Under the pieces are notes generated by a model, which saw only the letters and a list, made by a program, of their open reading frames with translations, did not search any database and had not been told where the DNA came from. A stretch of 64,000 nt of DNA from assembly GCF_021246445.1 (NCBI RefSeq), contig NZ_JAJQXW010000001.1, positions 1,320,168-1,384,167 on the forward strand, in the 5' to 3' direction. This DNA comes from Rhabdothermincola salaria. Lineage in GTDB: Bacteria > Actinomycetota > Acidimicrobiia > Acidimicrobiales > Acidimicrobilacustridaceae. Position numbers and translations under genes: made by a program. Positions 19,168 to 28,284 of this stretch are shown in pieces (position 1 is the stretch's first letter; each line of letters begins with the position of its first letter).

Positions 19168-19995
19168 ATGCCGAGCGTCACCGACACCGTCCGTCATGGC
19201 TCACCCGGCCGTGGTGACTGGAAGGAGACGCTCGGCCGCGTCGGCCTGGTCGGCAAGGGGGTGGTCTTCGCCGTCATCGGCGTCCTGGCCATCCAGCTAG
19301 CCCTCGGGGATGCATCGGGTGACACCACCAAGAACGGCGCCATCGAGTGGGTCGGCGCCCAGCCCCTCGGCAAGTTCCTGCTGGTGGCCCTCACCATCGC
19401 CCTCTTCGCGCTGGCCGCCTGGCGGCTGCTCGATGCGCTGACCGGCGACCCGGTGGAGGGATCCGAGCCCAAGGACCGCGCCAAGTTCGCCGTCCTCGGC
19501 CTGCTCTACCTGTCGCTGGCCACCGCCGCCCTCTCCGCCACCATCGCCAACTGGAACGACGCCGGTCAGACGTCGCAGGGCGGCGGCACCGAGACCCGCC
19601 AGCAGGCCACCGCCGTGGTGCTCGACTGGCCGGCCGGGCGGTGGATCGTGGCCCTCATCGGGCTCGCCATCATCGGCTTCGCCGCCTACCAGGTGAAGAA
19701 GTACGTCATCGACATGCAGTTCCTCGAGCGCGTCGACGTCGGCGAGGAGAGTTGGATCGCCTCCGCCGGCCGCTGGGGCTATCTGGCCCGGGCCATCGTC
19801 CTGGCCATGGTCGGCGTCTTCTTCATCCAGGCCGGCCTCACCTACGACGCCAGCGAGGCCGAGGGCCTCTCTGCGGCCCTGCAGAGTCTGTCCGGCGAGG
19901 GCTGGGGCCAGTTCGTGCTGTGGGTGGTGGCCCTCGGCCTGCTGGCGTTCGGCGTCTTCACCGTCGCCGAGGCCAAGCACCGCAAGGCGGCCTGA
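19168..19995 (+). CDS. DUF1206-like membrane protein
   Basis: Three repeated hydrophobic units (GRVGLVGKG, GRWIVAL, GRWGYLAR). Confidence 0.82.
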   Translation: MPSVTDTVRHGSPGRGDWKETLGRVGLVGKGVVFAVIGVLAIQLALGDASGDTTKNGAIEWVGAQPLGKFLLVALTIALFALAAWRLLDALTGDPVEGSEPKDRAKFAVLGLLYLSLATAALSATIANWNDAGQTSQGGGTETRQQATAVVLDWPAGRWIVALIGLAIIGFAAYQVKKYVIDMQFLERVDVGEESWIASAGRWGYLARAIVLAMVGVFFIQAGLTYDASEAEGLSAALQSLSGEGWGQFVLWVVALGLLAFGVFTVAEAKHRKAA

Positions 19996-20036
19996 GACCG
20001 GTCCCCTCCCCGCCACCGGCCCTGGATCGCCGTCGG

Positions 20037-20915
20037 TCAGCCCGGCTGGCGAGCAGCGATGGCCTCGGCCTGGGCGAGGACCCGGCGGGCCTCGTCGACG
20101 TGCAGGTTCTCGATCATGCGGCCGTTCACCGTGACCACGCCACGACCGGCGGCGGTGGCTTCCTCGAAGGCGGCGATGATCTCGCCAGCCGACTCGATCT
20201 CGGCGGCCGTGGGGGCGAACGCCTCGTTGCAGGGCTCCACCTGGCTGGGGTGGATGAGCGTCTTGCCGTCGAACCCGAACTGGCGCCCCTGCGCGCACTC
20301 GGCGGCGAAGCCCTCGGCGTCGGCGATGTCGTTGTAGACGCCGTCGAGGATCACCTTGTCCGCCATGCGGGCCGCGAGGAGGCAGGCCTGCAGCCCGTGG
20401 CGCAGCGGCTCTCGCCCGGGCACGTGCTGGGCCCGGAGCTCCTTGACCAGGTCGTTGGTGCCCATGACCACCACGGCGAGGCGGTCGTGGGCCCCGACGA
20501 TCTCGGCGGCGTGCAGCACCGCGACCGGGGTCTCGAGCATGGCCCACAGCGCGGTGCGCTCCGGGGCCCCGGCGGCCTCCAGCGCCGCCACCAGCGTGCG
20601 CACCTCGTCGGCGGAGTTCACCTTGGGCACCAGCACGGCGTCGGGCCCGGCGGCTGCCGCGGCGGCGATGTCGGCCTCGTGCCACTGCGTCCCGATGCCG
20701 TTGACCCGGATGGCGAGCTCCTTGGAGCCGTACGCCCCCGACTGCACGGCGGCGCACACCCGATCGCGGGCGTCGGGCTTGGCGTCGGGTGCCACCGCGT
20801 CCTCGAGGTCGAGGATCAGGGCGTCGGCGGGGATGGTCTTGGCCTTCTCGAGGGCGCGCTCGTTGGCTCCGGGCATGTAGAGCACGGACCGGCGGGGACG
20901 GAGGTCGTCGGACAT
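20037..20915 (-). CDS. CitE/HpcH family CoA-ester lyase, probable malyl-CoA thioesterase (Mcl2-like)
   Basis: RPRRSVLYMPGANERALEKA, DLEDAVAP, MGTNDL, GFDGKTLIHP. Confidence 0.82.
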   Translation of the reverse strand: MSDDLRPRRSVLYMPGANERALEKAKTIPADALILDLEDAVAPDAKPDARDRVCAAVQSGAYGSKELAIRVNGIGTQWHEADIAAAAAAGPDAVLVPKVNSADEVRTLVAALEAAGAPERTALWAMLETPVAVLHAAEIVGAHDRLAVVVMGTNDLVKELRAQHVPGREPLRHGLQACLLAARMADKVILDGVYNDIADAEGFAAECAQGRQFGFDGKTLIHPSQVEPCNEAFAPTAAEIESAGEIIAAFEEATAAGRGVVTVNGRMIENLHVDEARRVLAQAEAIAARQPG

Positions 20916-20968
20916 CGGGGCTCCTGACGGGATGGGTCGGGGCGGGGTCGGGGCGGGAACGGGTCGGG

Positions 20969-22018
20969 TCAGAACCCGTACGCCGCGGCCAGCTCGGGAT
21001 CGTCGGCGGCGAGCGCTTCGGCCAACTCGACCATCACCTTGCACTGCTTGACGGAGGCGTCGTCCTCCATCTTGCCGTCGAGCATGAGGGCACCCGTGCC
21101 GTCGCCCATGGCGTCGATCACCCGCTTGGCGTGGGCGACGTCGGCGGGGTCGGGCGAGAAGACCTTCTTGGCGATGCCGATCTGCACCGGGTGCAGGCTC
21201 CACGCCCCCACGCACCCGAGCAGGAACGCGTTGCGGAACTGGTCCTCGCAGGCCACGACGTCGGCGATGTCGCCGAACGGGCCGTAGTAGGGCAGGATCC
21301 CGTTGGCGGCACAGGCGTCGACCATGCGGGCGATCGTGTAGTGCCAGAGGTCCTGCTGGTAGATCCTGCGGTCGCCTTCGATGTCGCCGTCGACCGGGTC
21401 CTGGCGCACCAGGTAGCCAGGGTGGCCGCCGCCGACCCGGGTGGTCTTCATGCGGCGGTTGGCGGCGAGGTCCGCGGGCCCGAGCGACAGGCCCTGCATG
21501 CGGGGGCTGGCGGCGCAGATCTCCTCGACGTTGGCCACCCCGCGCGCCGTCTCCAGGATGGCGTGCACCAGGATCGGCCGATCGAGCCCGGCTCGGGCCT
21601 CGAGCTGGGCCAGCAGACGATCCACGTAGTGGATGTCCTCGGGCCCCTCGACCTTGGGGATCATGACCACGTCGAGCTTGTCGCCCACCTCGAGCACCGC
21701 TGCGGTGAGGTCGTCGAGGCACCAGGGCGAGTCGAGGGAGTTGACGCGGGTCCAGAACTGGGTGCGGCCGAGCTCGACCGTCCGACCGACCTCCACCAGC
21801 CCGGCCCGGGCCGCCTCCTTGGCGTCGGCGGGGATGGCGTCTTCGAGGTTGGCCAGCAACACGTCGACGGTGGGGGCGATCTCGGGGAGCTTGGCCACCA
21901 CCTTCTCGAGGTGCGGGGGGAAGAAGTGGATCATCCGTGACGGCTTGACCGGGATCTCCCGCAGCGGCTCGGGTGCGCCCACGGCGAGGGGACGGAAGAA
22001 GTCCTTGGGGTTCCGCAT
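20969..22018 (-). CDS. mcl: L-malyl-CoA/beta-methylmalyl-CoA lyase
   Basis: [46 protein letters not shown]. Confidence 0.85.
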   Translation of the reverse strand: MRNPKDFFRPLAVGAPEPLREIPVKPSRMIHFFPPHLEKVVAKLPEIAPTVDVLLANLEDAIPADAKEAARAGLVEVGRTVELGRTQFWTRVNSLDSPWCLDDLTAAVLEVGDKLDVVMIPKVEGPEDIHYVDRLLAQLEARAGLDRPILVHAILETARGVANVEEICAASPRMQGLSLGPADLAANRRMKTTRVGGGHPGYLVRQDPVDGDIEGDRRIYQQDLWHYTIARMVDACAANGILPYYGPFGDIADVVACEDQFRNAFLLGCVGAWSLHPVQIGIAKKVFSPDPADVAHAKRVIDAMGDGTGALMLDGKMEDDASVKQCKVMVELAEALAADDPELAAAYGF

Positions 22019-22024
22019 ACGCGA

Positions 22025-22043
22025 AACCTACCCTCGGGTAACC
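22025..22043. promoter_or_regulatory. Shared motif copy 2 upstream of mcl
   Basis: AACCTACCCTCGGGTAACC, perfect TACCC/GGGTA arms overlapping TAGGTT -10. Confidence 0.6.
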
Positions 22044-22062
22044 CGATCCGGCGAACGTCGGG

Positions 22063-22842
22063 TCAGGCCCCGCCCAGCTCCTTCACCTGGTAGCCGCTGC
22101 GCTGGCGCAGGAGCAGCTCGGCCGCCAGGTCGAGCACCCGGCGGGCCGCCTCGTCGGGCGCCACGCCGTCGGCGTGGATGTTGGACACGAGGTTGCGGTC
22201 CGCATCGGTGTGGCCGGGGCGGGGCCGGAAGGCGAGGTAGGCCGACAGGCTCTCGGCGATGGCCAGACCGGGCCGCTCGCCGACGAGCAGCACGACGACC
22301 TCGGGATCCAGGGCCGCACCGATGTCGTTGAGCAGGCCCACCCGGCAGTGGCGGACGAAGAACGGCCGCCCCACGCTCCAGCCCCGGGCCGCGGCGCCGT
22401 CGAGGAGCCCCGGGAGCAGGACCGGCACCTGGGCGTGCACCGCTCGGGCGGAGAGGCCGTCACCGACCACGACCTGCACGTCGACGCCGGTGGGGCACTC
22501 GGCCCGGAGGTGCTCGGCCTCGCCGTCGGCCAGGCGGCGGCCGAGATCGGGGCGGGCGAGGTGCTCCGCCGGCGACGAGGCACCCGAGCGCACCTCGAAC
22601 AGGCCGACGCGCTCGACCAGCGGCGCCATCACCTCGTCGTCGAGGGCGATCCGCTCGTGGAGCGCGTCGCGAGCGGCGGCGTGGTCGGCGCGGAGGCGGA
22701 GGTGGGTCGAGGTGCGGTAGGAGGTGCCGGCCCGGCCGAGCAGCACCCGGGCGGGCGTGACGCCGGGGACCTCGACCCCGTCGAGCACCTCGAAGGCCCC
22801 GGGGACGTCGGATCCCTCCGCCGGCTCGAGCTCGCCGCTCAC
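22063..22842 (-). CDS. eutC: Ethanolamine ammonia-lyase light chain
   Basis: TPARVLLGRAG, ADHAAARDA, RPDLGRRL, DGLS, LVGERPGL, DADRNLVSNI. Confidence 0.93.
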   Translation of the reverse strand: MSGELEPAEGSDVPGAFEVLDGVEVPGVTPARVLLGRAGTSYRTSTHLRLRADHAAARDALHERIALDDEVMAPLVERVGLFEVRSGASSPAEHLARPDLGRRLADGEAEHLRAECPTGVDVQVVVGDGLSARAVHAQVPVLLPGLLDGAAARGWSVGRPFFVRHCRVGLLNDIGAALDPEVVVLLVGERPGLAIAESLSAYLAFRPRPGHTDADRNLVSNIHADGVAPDEAARRVLDLAAELLLRQRSGYQVKELGGA

Positions 22843-24239
22843 GCGCCGATCTCCCGCACGGCGGCCGCCAGCAGGGCCATCGACCCCGGCCCGTCGGCCG
22901 TGGCCTCGGTGAGGCGACCCGCCCGCATCACGCCCACCGACTCCAACCACGCCTCGAACTCGGGCGCGGGCCGGAGGTCGAGCAGCTCGCGCACTCCGGC
23001 CGCGTCGTGGTAGCTGGTCGACTGGTAGTTGAGCATCACGTCGTCGGAGCCCGGCACGCCCATCACGTAGTTGCAGCCCGCGGTGGCCAGCAGGACCAGC
23101 AGCTGGTCGGTGGTGTCCTGGTCGGCCTCGACGTGGTTCGTGTAGCAGACGTCGCAGCCCATGGGCAGGCCCAGGAGCTTGCCGACGAAGTGGTCCTCGA
23201 GCCCGGCTCGGATGATCTGGCGACCGTCGGCGAGGTACTCCGGGCCGATGAAGCCCACCACCGAGTTCACGAGGAACGGGTCGAAGGCGCGGGCCACGCC
23301 GTAGGCGCGGGCCTCGCAGGTGAGCTGGTCGACACCGTGGTCGGCGCCCGCCGACAGCGAGCTCCCCTGCCCGGTCTCGAAGTACATGACCTGCTCGCCG
23401 AGGAAGCCACCACGTTCGCGGTGGTGGGCCACGACGGCGTCGCGCCCCTCGGCCAGCACCGACAGCGACACGCCGTAGCTGTCGTTGGTGGCCGTGGTGC
23501 CGCCGATGCTCTGGAACAGCAGGTCGACCGGGGCCCCTCGGTCGAGGGCGGCGAGCTGGGTGGTGACGTGGGCCAGCACGCACGTCTGGGTGGGGGCGCC
23601 CGTCCGCTCGAGCAGGGCGGCGAGGGCCCGCTCGAGACCGGCCACGACCTCCACCGAGTCGCCGGCCGGGTTCACCCCGATGACGGCGTCGCCGCAGCCG
23701 AACAGCAGGCCGTCGGCGGCGGAGAGGAGCACGCCACCCAGGTCGTCGCTGGGGTGGTTGGGCTGCACCCGCACGCCGAACACGCCCGGCCCACCCATGG
23801 TGTTGCGGCAGCGGGTGACGACCCGGAGCGGCGCCGCCCCCTGGATGAGGTCGCGGGTCCCCATGAGCTTGGCCACCGCGGCGCCCACCTCGGGCGTGAT
23901 GCCTCGGTGCAGACCGGCCGCCCACTCGTCGGCGAAGCCCGGCCCCAGGATGCGCTCGCGCAGCTCGCCGACGGTGAGCCCGGCGATCGTGGCCTGCTGG
24001 TCGCGATCGAGGCGGTCGAGGACCAGCGCGGTGACGTCGTCCTCGACGAGCGGGGTGCCCACGATCTCGGCCACCGCCACGTCGGCCAGCGCCCACTGGG
24101 CGGCGACCCGTTCGCGCTCCGAGCGGGCTCCCACCCCGGCCAGGGCGTCGCCGGCCTTCGGGGCACCGGCCCGCCCGAGGAGCTCTCGCAGGTCACTGAA
24201 GGTGAACGTCTCGCCCCGAAGCGTGGAGCGGTAGGTCAT
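22839..24239 (-). CDS. eutB: Ethanolamine ammonia-lyase heavy chain
   Basis: RVQPNHPSDD, GDAVIGVNP, MYFETGQGS, VGFIGPEYL, MGCDVCYTNH. Confidence 0.95.
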   Translation of the reverse strand: MTYRSTLRGETFTFSDLRELLGRAGAPKAGDALAGVGARSERERVAAQWALADVAVAEIVGTPLVEDDVTALVLDRLDRDQQATIAGLTVGELRERILGPGFADEWAAGLHRGITPEVGAAVAKLMGTRDLIQGAAPLRVVTRCRNTMGGPGVFGVRVQPNHPSDDLGGVLLSAADGLLFGCGDAVIGVNPAGDSVEVVAGLERALAALLERTGAPTQTCVLAHVTTQLAALDRGAPVDLLFQSIGGTTATNDSYGVSLSVLAEGRDAVVAHHRERGGFLGEQVMYFETGQGSSLSAGADHGVDQLTCEARAYGVARAFDPFLVNSVVGFIGPEYLADGRQIIRAGLEDHFVGKLLGLPMGCDVCYTNHVEADQDTTDQLLVLLATAGCNYVMGVPGSDDVMLNYQSTSYHDAAGVRELLDLRPAPEFEAWLESVGVMRAGRLTEATADGPGSMALLAAAVREIGA

Positions 24240-25435
24240 GCCGCGGCGGCGGCCAGATCGGCGGGGACCAGTTGCTCGGTGAGCAGGGTGGCGAAGCGCG
24301 ACGGGTCGCCGGCCACGTAGCGCCGGCACAGCGGCAGGCCCTCGACGTAGCAGGAGATGTAGGCCCGCCAGGTGGGTGAGGTCAGGAACTCGACGGCCTT
24401 CTCGGCCCGGTTGCGCGGGAGCAGGGCCCAGCGTTCGGCGTAGGCGACGGCATCGTCGACCGACGCCCCCTCCTCGTGGAGCCGCCAGGCCACGTTGGCT
24501 CGCACCGCGTTGAGCGCCTCGCCGGCCTGGGCCACGGCGGCCACGACCTCGGGGTCATAGGCGATCCCGAGGGGGCGCAGGTGGGCGGCCACCTCCTGTT
24601 CGGGGTGCTCCCCCATGACCACCTCGAGCGCCAGGTCGGCGAGCCCTTCGGCCAGCAGGCACTGTGGGGTGCCCACCAGGAAGATGGTCTCCTCCTGCCA
24701 TCCACGCTGACGCACCAACCCCGCTTCCTTGCGGGAGTGCTCGGTGTGGTGGCCCGGGTAGGCCTCGTGGGCCACCAGGTGGGCCAGGCTCGGCGAGAGC
24801 ACCGGCAGGTCGGTGTTGATGGCCACCCGGCTGCGTAGCCCACCCAGGTAGTAGTTGAACCCGGACCACGGTTGGTCGCGGGCCAGCTCCCACTCGACGT
24901 GCTCGCCTTCGGGGAGGCCGAACCGGGCGTCGGTGCGCTCGCGCAGATCGTCGGCCAGGGAGTGCAGGGCGGCCGGCAACGTGTCGACGGGCACGGCCTG
25001 GGACTCGCGCCAGGCGATGTAGCGGTCTCGCAGCGGGCCCGACCCGGGCAGCGCGTCGTCGAGGCGGGCGTGGGCGGCGCCGAAGACCTCGGTGTCGACC
25101 GGTGCCGGTCGGACGCCGTAGCACCACTCGACCTCGTCGGCATACCCGATGGGCTCCCCGGCCAGCTTGCGCGCACTGGTGTGCAGGCCCACGATCTGGG
25201 CTCGCAGCCATCGGCGACGCCCGGCATCGAGGTCGGGCTCACCGACCCCGGCGTCGAGGTCGACCAACAGGTCGGCCGCCTCGCGCACCAACCCCGCCGG
25301 CGGGGTGACCGCCTCGCGGGCCACTCGCTCGGCCAGGGCGGGCGGTCCGTAGTAGGCGTCGACGAACCCGTCGACGTGACGGCCCAGCGCCAGCCCCAGG
25401 ACGAGGTAGCGCTCGACGAGCGACGAGTCCGACAC
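24236..25435 (-). CDS. Hypothetical protein, DUF885-like putative metallopeptidase
   Basis: HEAYPGHH plus downstream EGLA; ATGA overlap with eutB. Confidence 0.7.
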   Translation of the reverse strand: MSDSSLVERYLVLGLALGRHVDGFVDAYYGPPALAERVAREAVTPPAGLVREAADLLVDLDAGVGEPDLDAGRRRWLRAQIVGLHTSARKLAGEPIGYADEVEWCYGVRPAPVDTEVFGAAHARLDDALPGSGPLRDRYIAWRESQAVPVDTLPAALHSLADDLRERTDARFGLPEGEHVEWELARDQPWSGFNYYLGGLRSRVAINTDLPVLSPSLAHLVAHEAYPGHHTEHSRKEAGLVRQRGWQEETIFLVGTPQCLLAEGLADLALEVVMGEHPEQEVAAHLRPLGIAYDPEVVAAVAQAGEALNAVRANVAWRLHEEGASVDDAVAYAERWALLPRNRAEKAVEFLTSPTWRAYISCYVEGLPLCRRYVAGDPSRFATLLTEQLVPADLAAAAA

Positions 25436-25444
25436 GGGGTGGCT

Positions 25445-26131
25445 CTACGCCAGGTTCTCGCGCAGGAACACGGTGGTCTGCTCCCACGTCTGCGCCGACA
25501 TCTCGGGGTCGTGAACCTCGGGTCGGGTGTCGTTGAAGAAGGCGTGGTCGACGCCGGGATGGATGATGAGCTCGGCGGCCTTGCCGTGCTCGCGGAGGCG
25601 TTCCTCGAGCTGGCGGACCTGGTCGGGGCCGAACATGGCGTCCTGCTCGGCGAAGTGGCCGAGGATGGCGCAGTCGATGCGTGACCAGTCGGGCTGCAGG
25701 TTGGGCCAGGGGATGACGCCGTAGTAGGGGACGGCCGCCCCGATGGCGTCGGGGCGGGCGCAGGCGAGCGCGAGGGCCAGGCCTCCCCCCATGCAGAAGC
25801 CGACGACCCCGACCTGGTCGGAGGTGACGGCGTCGAGGCTGCGGAGGTGGTCGACGGCGCCGCTCATGTCCTTGACCGCCTGGTCGAGGTTGAGCGCCAT
25901 CATGAGCTTGCCGGCCTCGTCGGGCTCGGTGGTGCTCTCGCCGTGGTAGAGGTCCGGCGCCAGGGCGACGAAGCCGGCCGCGGCGAAGCGGTCGCACACG
26001 TCGCGGATGTGCGGGACCAGGCCCCACCACTCCTGGATCACCACCACACCGGGGCCGGAGCCACCGACCGGCACCGCCAGGTAGCCGTCCGTCTCGTGGC
26101 CGTTGGTCGGGAAGGAGACGAGTTCACCCAT
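25445..26131 (-). CDS. Dienelactone hydrolase family protein
   Basis: VIQEWWGL, GFCMGG, HAFFND. Confidence 0.92.
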   Translation of the reverse strand: MGELVSFPTNGHETDGYLAVPVGGSGPGVVVIQEWWGLVPHIRDVCDRFAAAGFVALAPDLYHGESTTEPDEAGKLMMALNLDQAVKDMSGAVDHLRSLDAVTSDQVGVVGFCMGGGLALALACARPDAIGAAVPYYGVIPWPNLQPDWSRIDCAILGHFAEQDAMFGPDQVRQLEERLREHGKAAELIIHPGVDHAFFNDTRPEVHDPEMSAQTWEQTTVFLRENLA

Positions 26132-26149
26132 GCCGCGACCCTATCGACC

Positions 26150-26265
26150 CCCTGCCCCCACTGCCCCGACCGCCCCAGCTGCCCCGACCGCCCCCCCCCC
26201 CCGCGGCTTCTTGTATGAGATCAGCGCACTCCACCGCGACGATTCCATGCAAGAACGGGTGGGGA
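26150..26265. repeat. C-rich tandem repeats, C12 tract and imperfect inverted repeat
   Basis: CTGCCCCGACCGCCCC twice; 12 C at 26191-26202; TTCTTGTATG...CATGCAAGAA at 26208-26255. Confidence 0.6.
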
Positions 26266-26332
26266 GGTCGACTCGACGGCTACGAGCGGCGGATCGGAGG
26301 CGTCGTGCTCGACGGTTGCGAGCACCGAGGGC

Positions 26333-27136
26333 TCAGAGGATGTCGCCCTTGAAGAGCTCGGGGGCGACGGGGCAGTCGGTGCGACGGAGGGCCTCGGCGA
26401 CCTCGAGGGGCCCGGTGGGCCCGACGATCCGGTCGACGAGATCGAGGGGGACCACTTCGTCGTCGTCGTCCCACGGTTCGGCCGAGACGATGCGAGCGCG
26501 CAACGGCTCCCACATGCGCTCGGGGAGCAGGCGCCCCACCCCGGCCACCAGCCACACCGGGACGCCGGCCGCCCGGGCCACGGCCGCCGCCGCCCGCGAT
26601 CCGCTGGGGGCCAGCAGCTCCCGGGGGGACACGACCGCCGCCTCGAGCAGGACGAGGTCGGCCTCGGCCACCGCCGCACCCAGCCCGGCGACGGGGACGT
26701 CGACCACGTCGACCTCGGCGTGGGCGAGGCGCCGGACCAACCCCGAGCCCTCGGACGCCACGTCGACCACCAGCACCTCGACGTCGCCTCGGCGGGGCAG
26801 GGCCGCGCCCGCGGTCTCGGGCCAGCCCAGCACGACGACCGAGGCGTCGTCGGGCAGCGCGTTGGCCAATGCGGCCGCCGTGCGATCGTCCTCGAGGTCG
26901 CGCAACGCGGCGCGGATCTCGGCCACCGGGTCGCCCGCGGTGAGGACCCGGGCGCACAACCACACCAGGGCGCCGGAGCGCGGCTGGCGCGACACCATGC
27001 GCCGGCAGGCCGTGACCAGCCCCTGGGGGTCGTGGGCGAAGGCGCCCAGGGCCCGAGCCGTCTCGGCGACGACGAGGTCCTGGGGCGCACCGGTGGCGCG
27101 GGCCACGTGCCGGAGCCGCTCGACGGGATGCATCAC
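26333..27136 (-). CDS. Hypothetical protein, distant eIF-2B/MtnA-like fold
   Basis: ADLVLLEAAVV...GSRAAAAVARAAGVPVWLV resembles IF-2B C-terminal domain; weak. Confidence 0.55.
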   Translation of the reverse strand: MMHPVERLRHVARATGAPQDLVVAETARALGAFAHDPQGLVTACRRMVSRQPRSGALVWLCARVLTAGDPVAEIRAALRDLEDDRTAAALANALPDDASVVVLGWPETAGAALPRRGDVEVLVVDVASEGSGLVRRLAHAEVDVVDVPVAGLGAAVAEADLVLLEAAVVSPRELLAPSGSRAAAAVARAAGVPVWLVAGVGRLLPERMWEPLRARIVSAEPWDDDDEVVPLDLVDRIVGPTGPLEVAEALRRTDCPVAPELFKGDIL

Positions 27137-27165
27137 CGCTGACGCTAACCGGCGGCGAGACCGTC

Positions 27166-27609
27166 CTACAGGCCGGGCTTCCAGATCATCAGGTAGAGGG
27201 TGACCACGAGGATCAGGTGCGTCACCCCGGTGCCGGCCATCACGATCTTGCGGGCGTTGGCGTCACCGTTGCCGAAGGCCTTGATGGCCGGTCGGGTGAC
27301 GAAGAGCATCACGGCGAGCACCACGAGCCAGAGCAGGGCAGAGGTCATGAGCCAGGGCTGGGCCACCCGATAGACCCTGTCGCTCATCCCGGCCAGCCCG
27401 AAGCCCAGCAGGCCGGCCACCCCGAGGAAGGGCAGCGAGAGCCGAACGATGGCCATCTCGAGCGCCTCGGCGGCGGCACGGTCGCCGTTGGCGGTGAGGC
27501 GCACCAGCACCGGGGTGAGCCACGCCGGCGCGAACCCCACGAACATCCCGAGCACGTGCAGCAACAACACGATGTTGTAGCCGGTGTCTCCGACGGCGGC
27601 GAACAGCAC
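27166..27609 (-). CDS. Four-helix membrane protein (DUF2269-like)
   Basis: LLLHVL...LMIWKPG; four hydrophobic segments. Confidence 0.7.
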   Translation of the reverse strand: MLFAAVGDTGYNIVLLLHVLGMFVGFAPAWLTPVLVRLTANGDRAAAEALEMAIVRLSLPFLGVAGLLGFGLAGMSDRVYRVAQPWLMTSALLWLVVLAVMLFVTRPAIKAFGNGDANARKIVMAGTGVTHLILVVTLYLMIWKPGL

Positions 27610-27752
27610 GGATCTCTCCCAGGGTCTCGACGGTGAGGACGCGCCGAAGGTAGCGCCCGCGCCGGCCCCGACCCTCATCCACGACCTCGGCTCGGGGCCA
27701 CCCCCGGCCCCATTTCACGGCGTCGTGGTGGGGCGCGCTACCTTTCGGGGCC

Positions 27753-28235
27753 GTGATCACCGACGTCCCCGCCGACCTCGAGCTCGCGTCCCTCACCGGC
27801 TCGAGCCGCCCGATCAGCGAGTGGACCACCACCTTCCATCTGGCGGTCGTGGCCCTCGATCCCTTCACCCTCGAGAGCTCGTGGATCCTGCCTCCGGCGA
27901 TCCGCATCCTCTCGCGCTACAAGGAAGCCGACGTGCGGTGCGCCTTCCTGGTGGCCGGCACGCCCGACGAAGCCCGCCGGTTCCTCGGGCCGTTGGCCTC
28001 GGAGTACCTGGTCTTCACCGATCCCGACCGCACTGCGGTGAAGGGCCTCGGCTGTGCCACCCTCCCCGCCTTCGTGCACGTGAACCAGCACCACCAGGTC
28101 GAGACGGCGGCCGAGGGCTGGAACCCCGAGGAGTGGCGGACCGTGGCCGAGAACCTCTCGGACCGCATGGACTGGACCGTCCCCCTCGTGCCGGACGTGG
28201 GCGACCCGAGCCCCTTCCACGGCACGCCCGTCTGA
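27753..28235 (+). CDS. Hypothetical protein, possible thioredoxin-like fold without CxxC
   Basis: VFTDPDRTAVKGLGCATLPAFVHV resembles redoxin cis-Pro region. Confidence 0.6.
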   Translation: MITDVPADLELASLTGSSRPISEWTTTFHLAVVALDPFTLESSWILPPAIRILSRYKEADVRCAFLVAGTPDEARRFLGPLASEYLVFTDPDRTAVKGLGCATLPAFVHVNQHHQVETAAEGWNPEEWRTVAENLSDRMDWTVPLVPDVGDPSPFHGTPV

Positions 28236-28284
28236 GCCGCCTCCCTGCGAGGTCGGCCCAGCCGGTGGGGTCGAGGCCCCGGGT

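Noticed and set aside
20928..20968. G-run tract between the two lyase genes
   Set aside because: G-quadruplex-like runs are expected at this GC content; no further support
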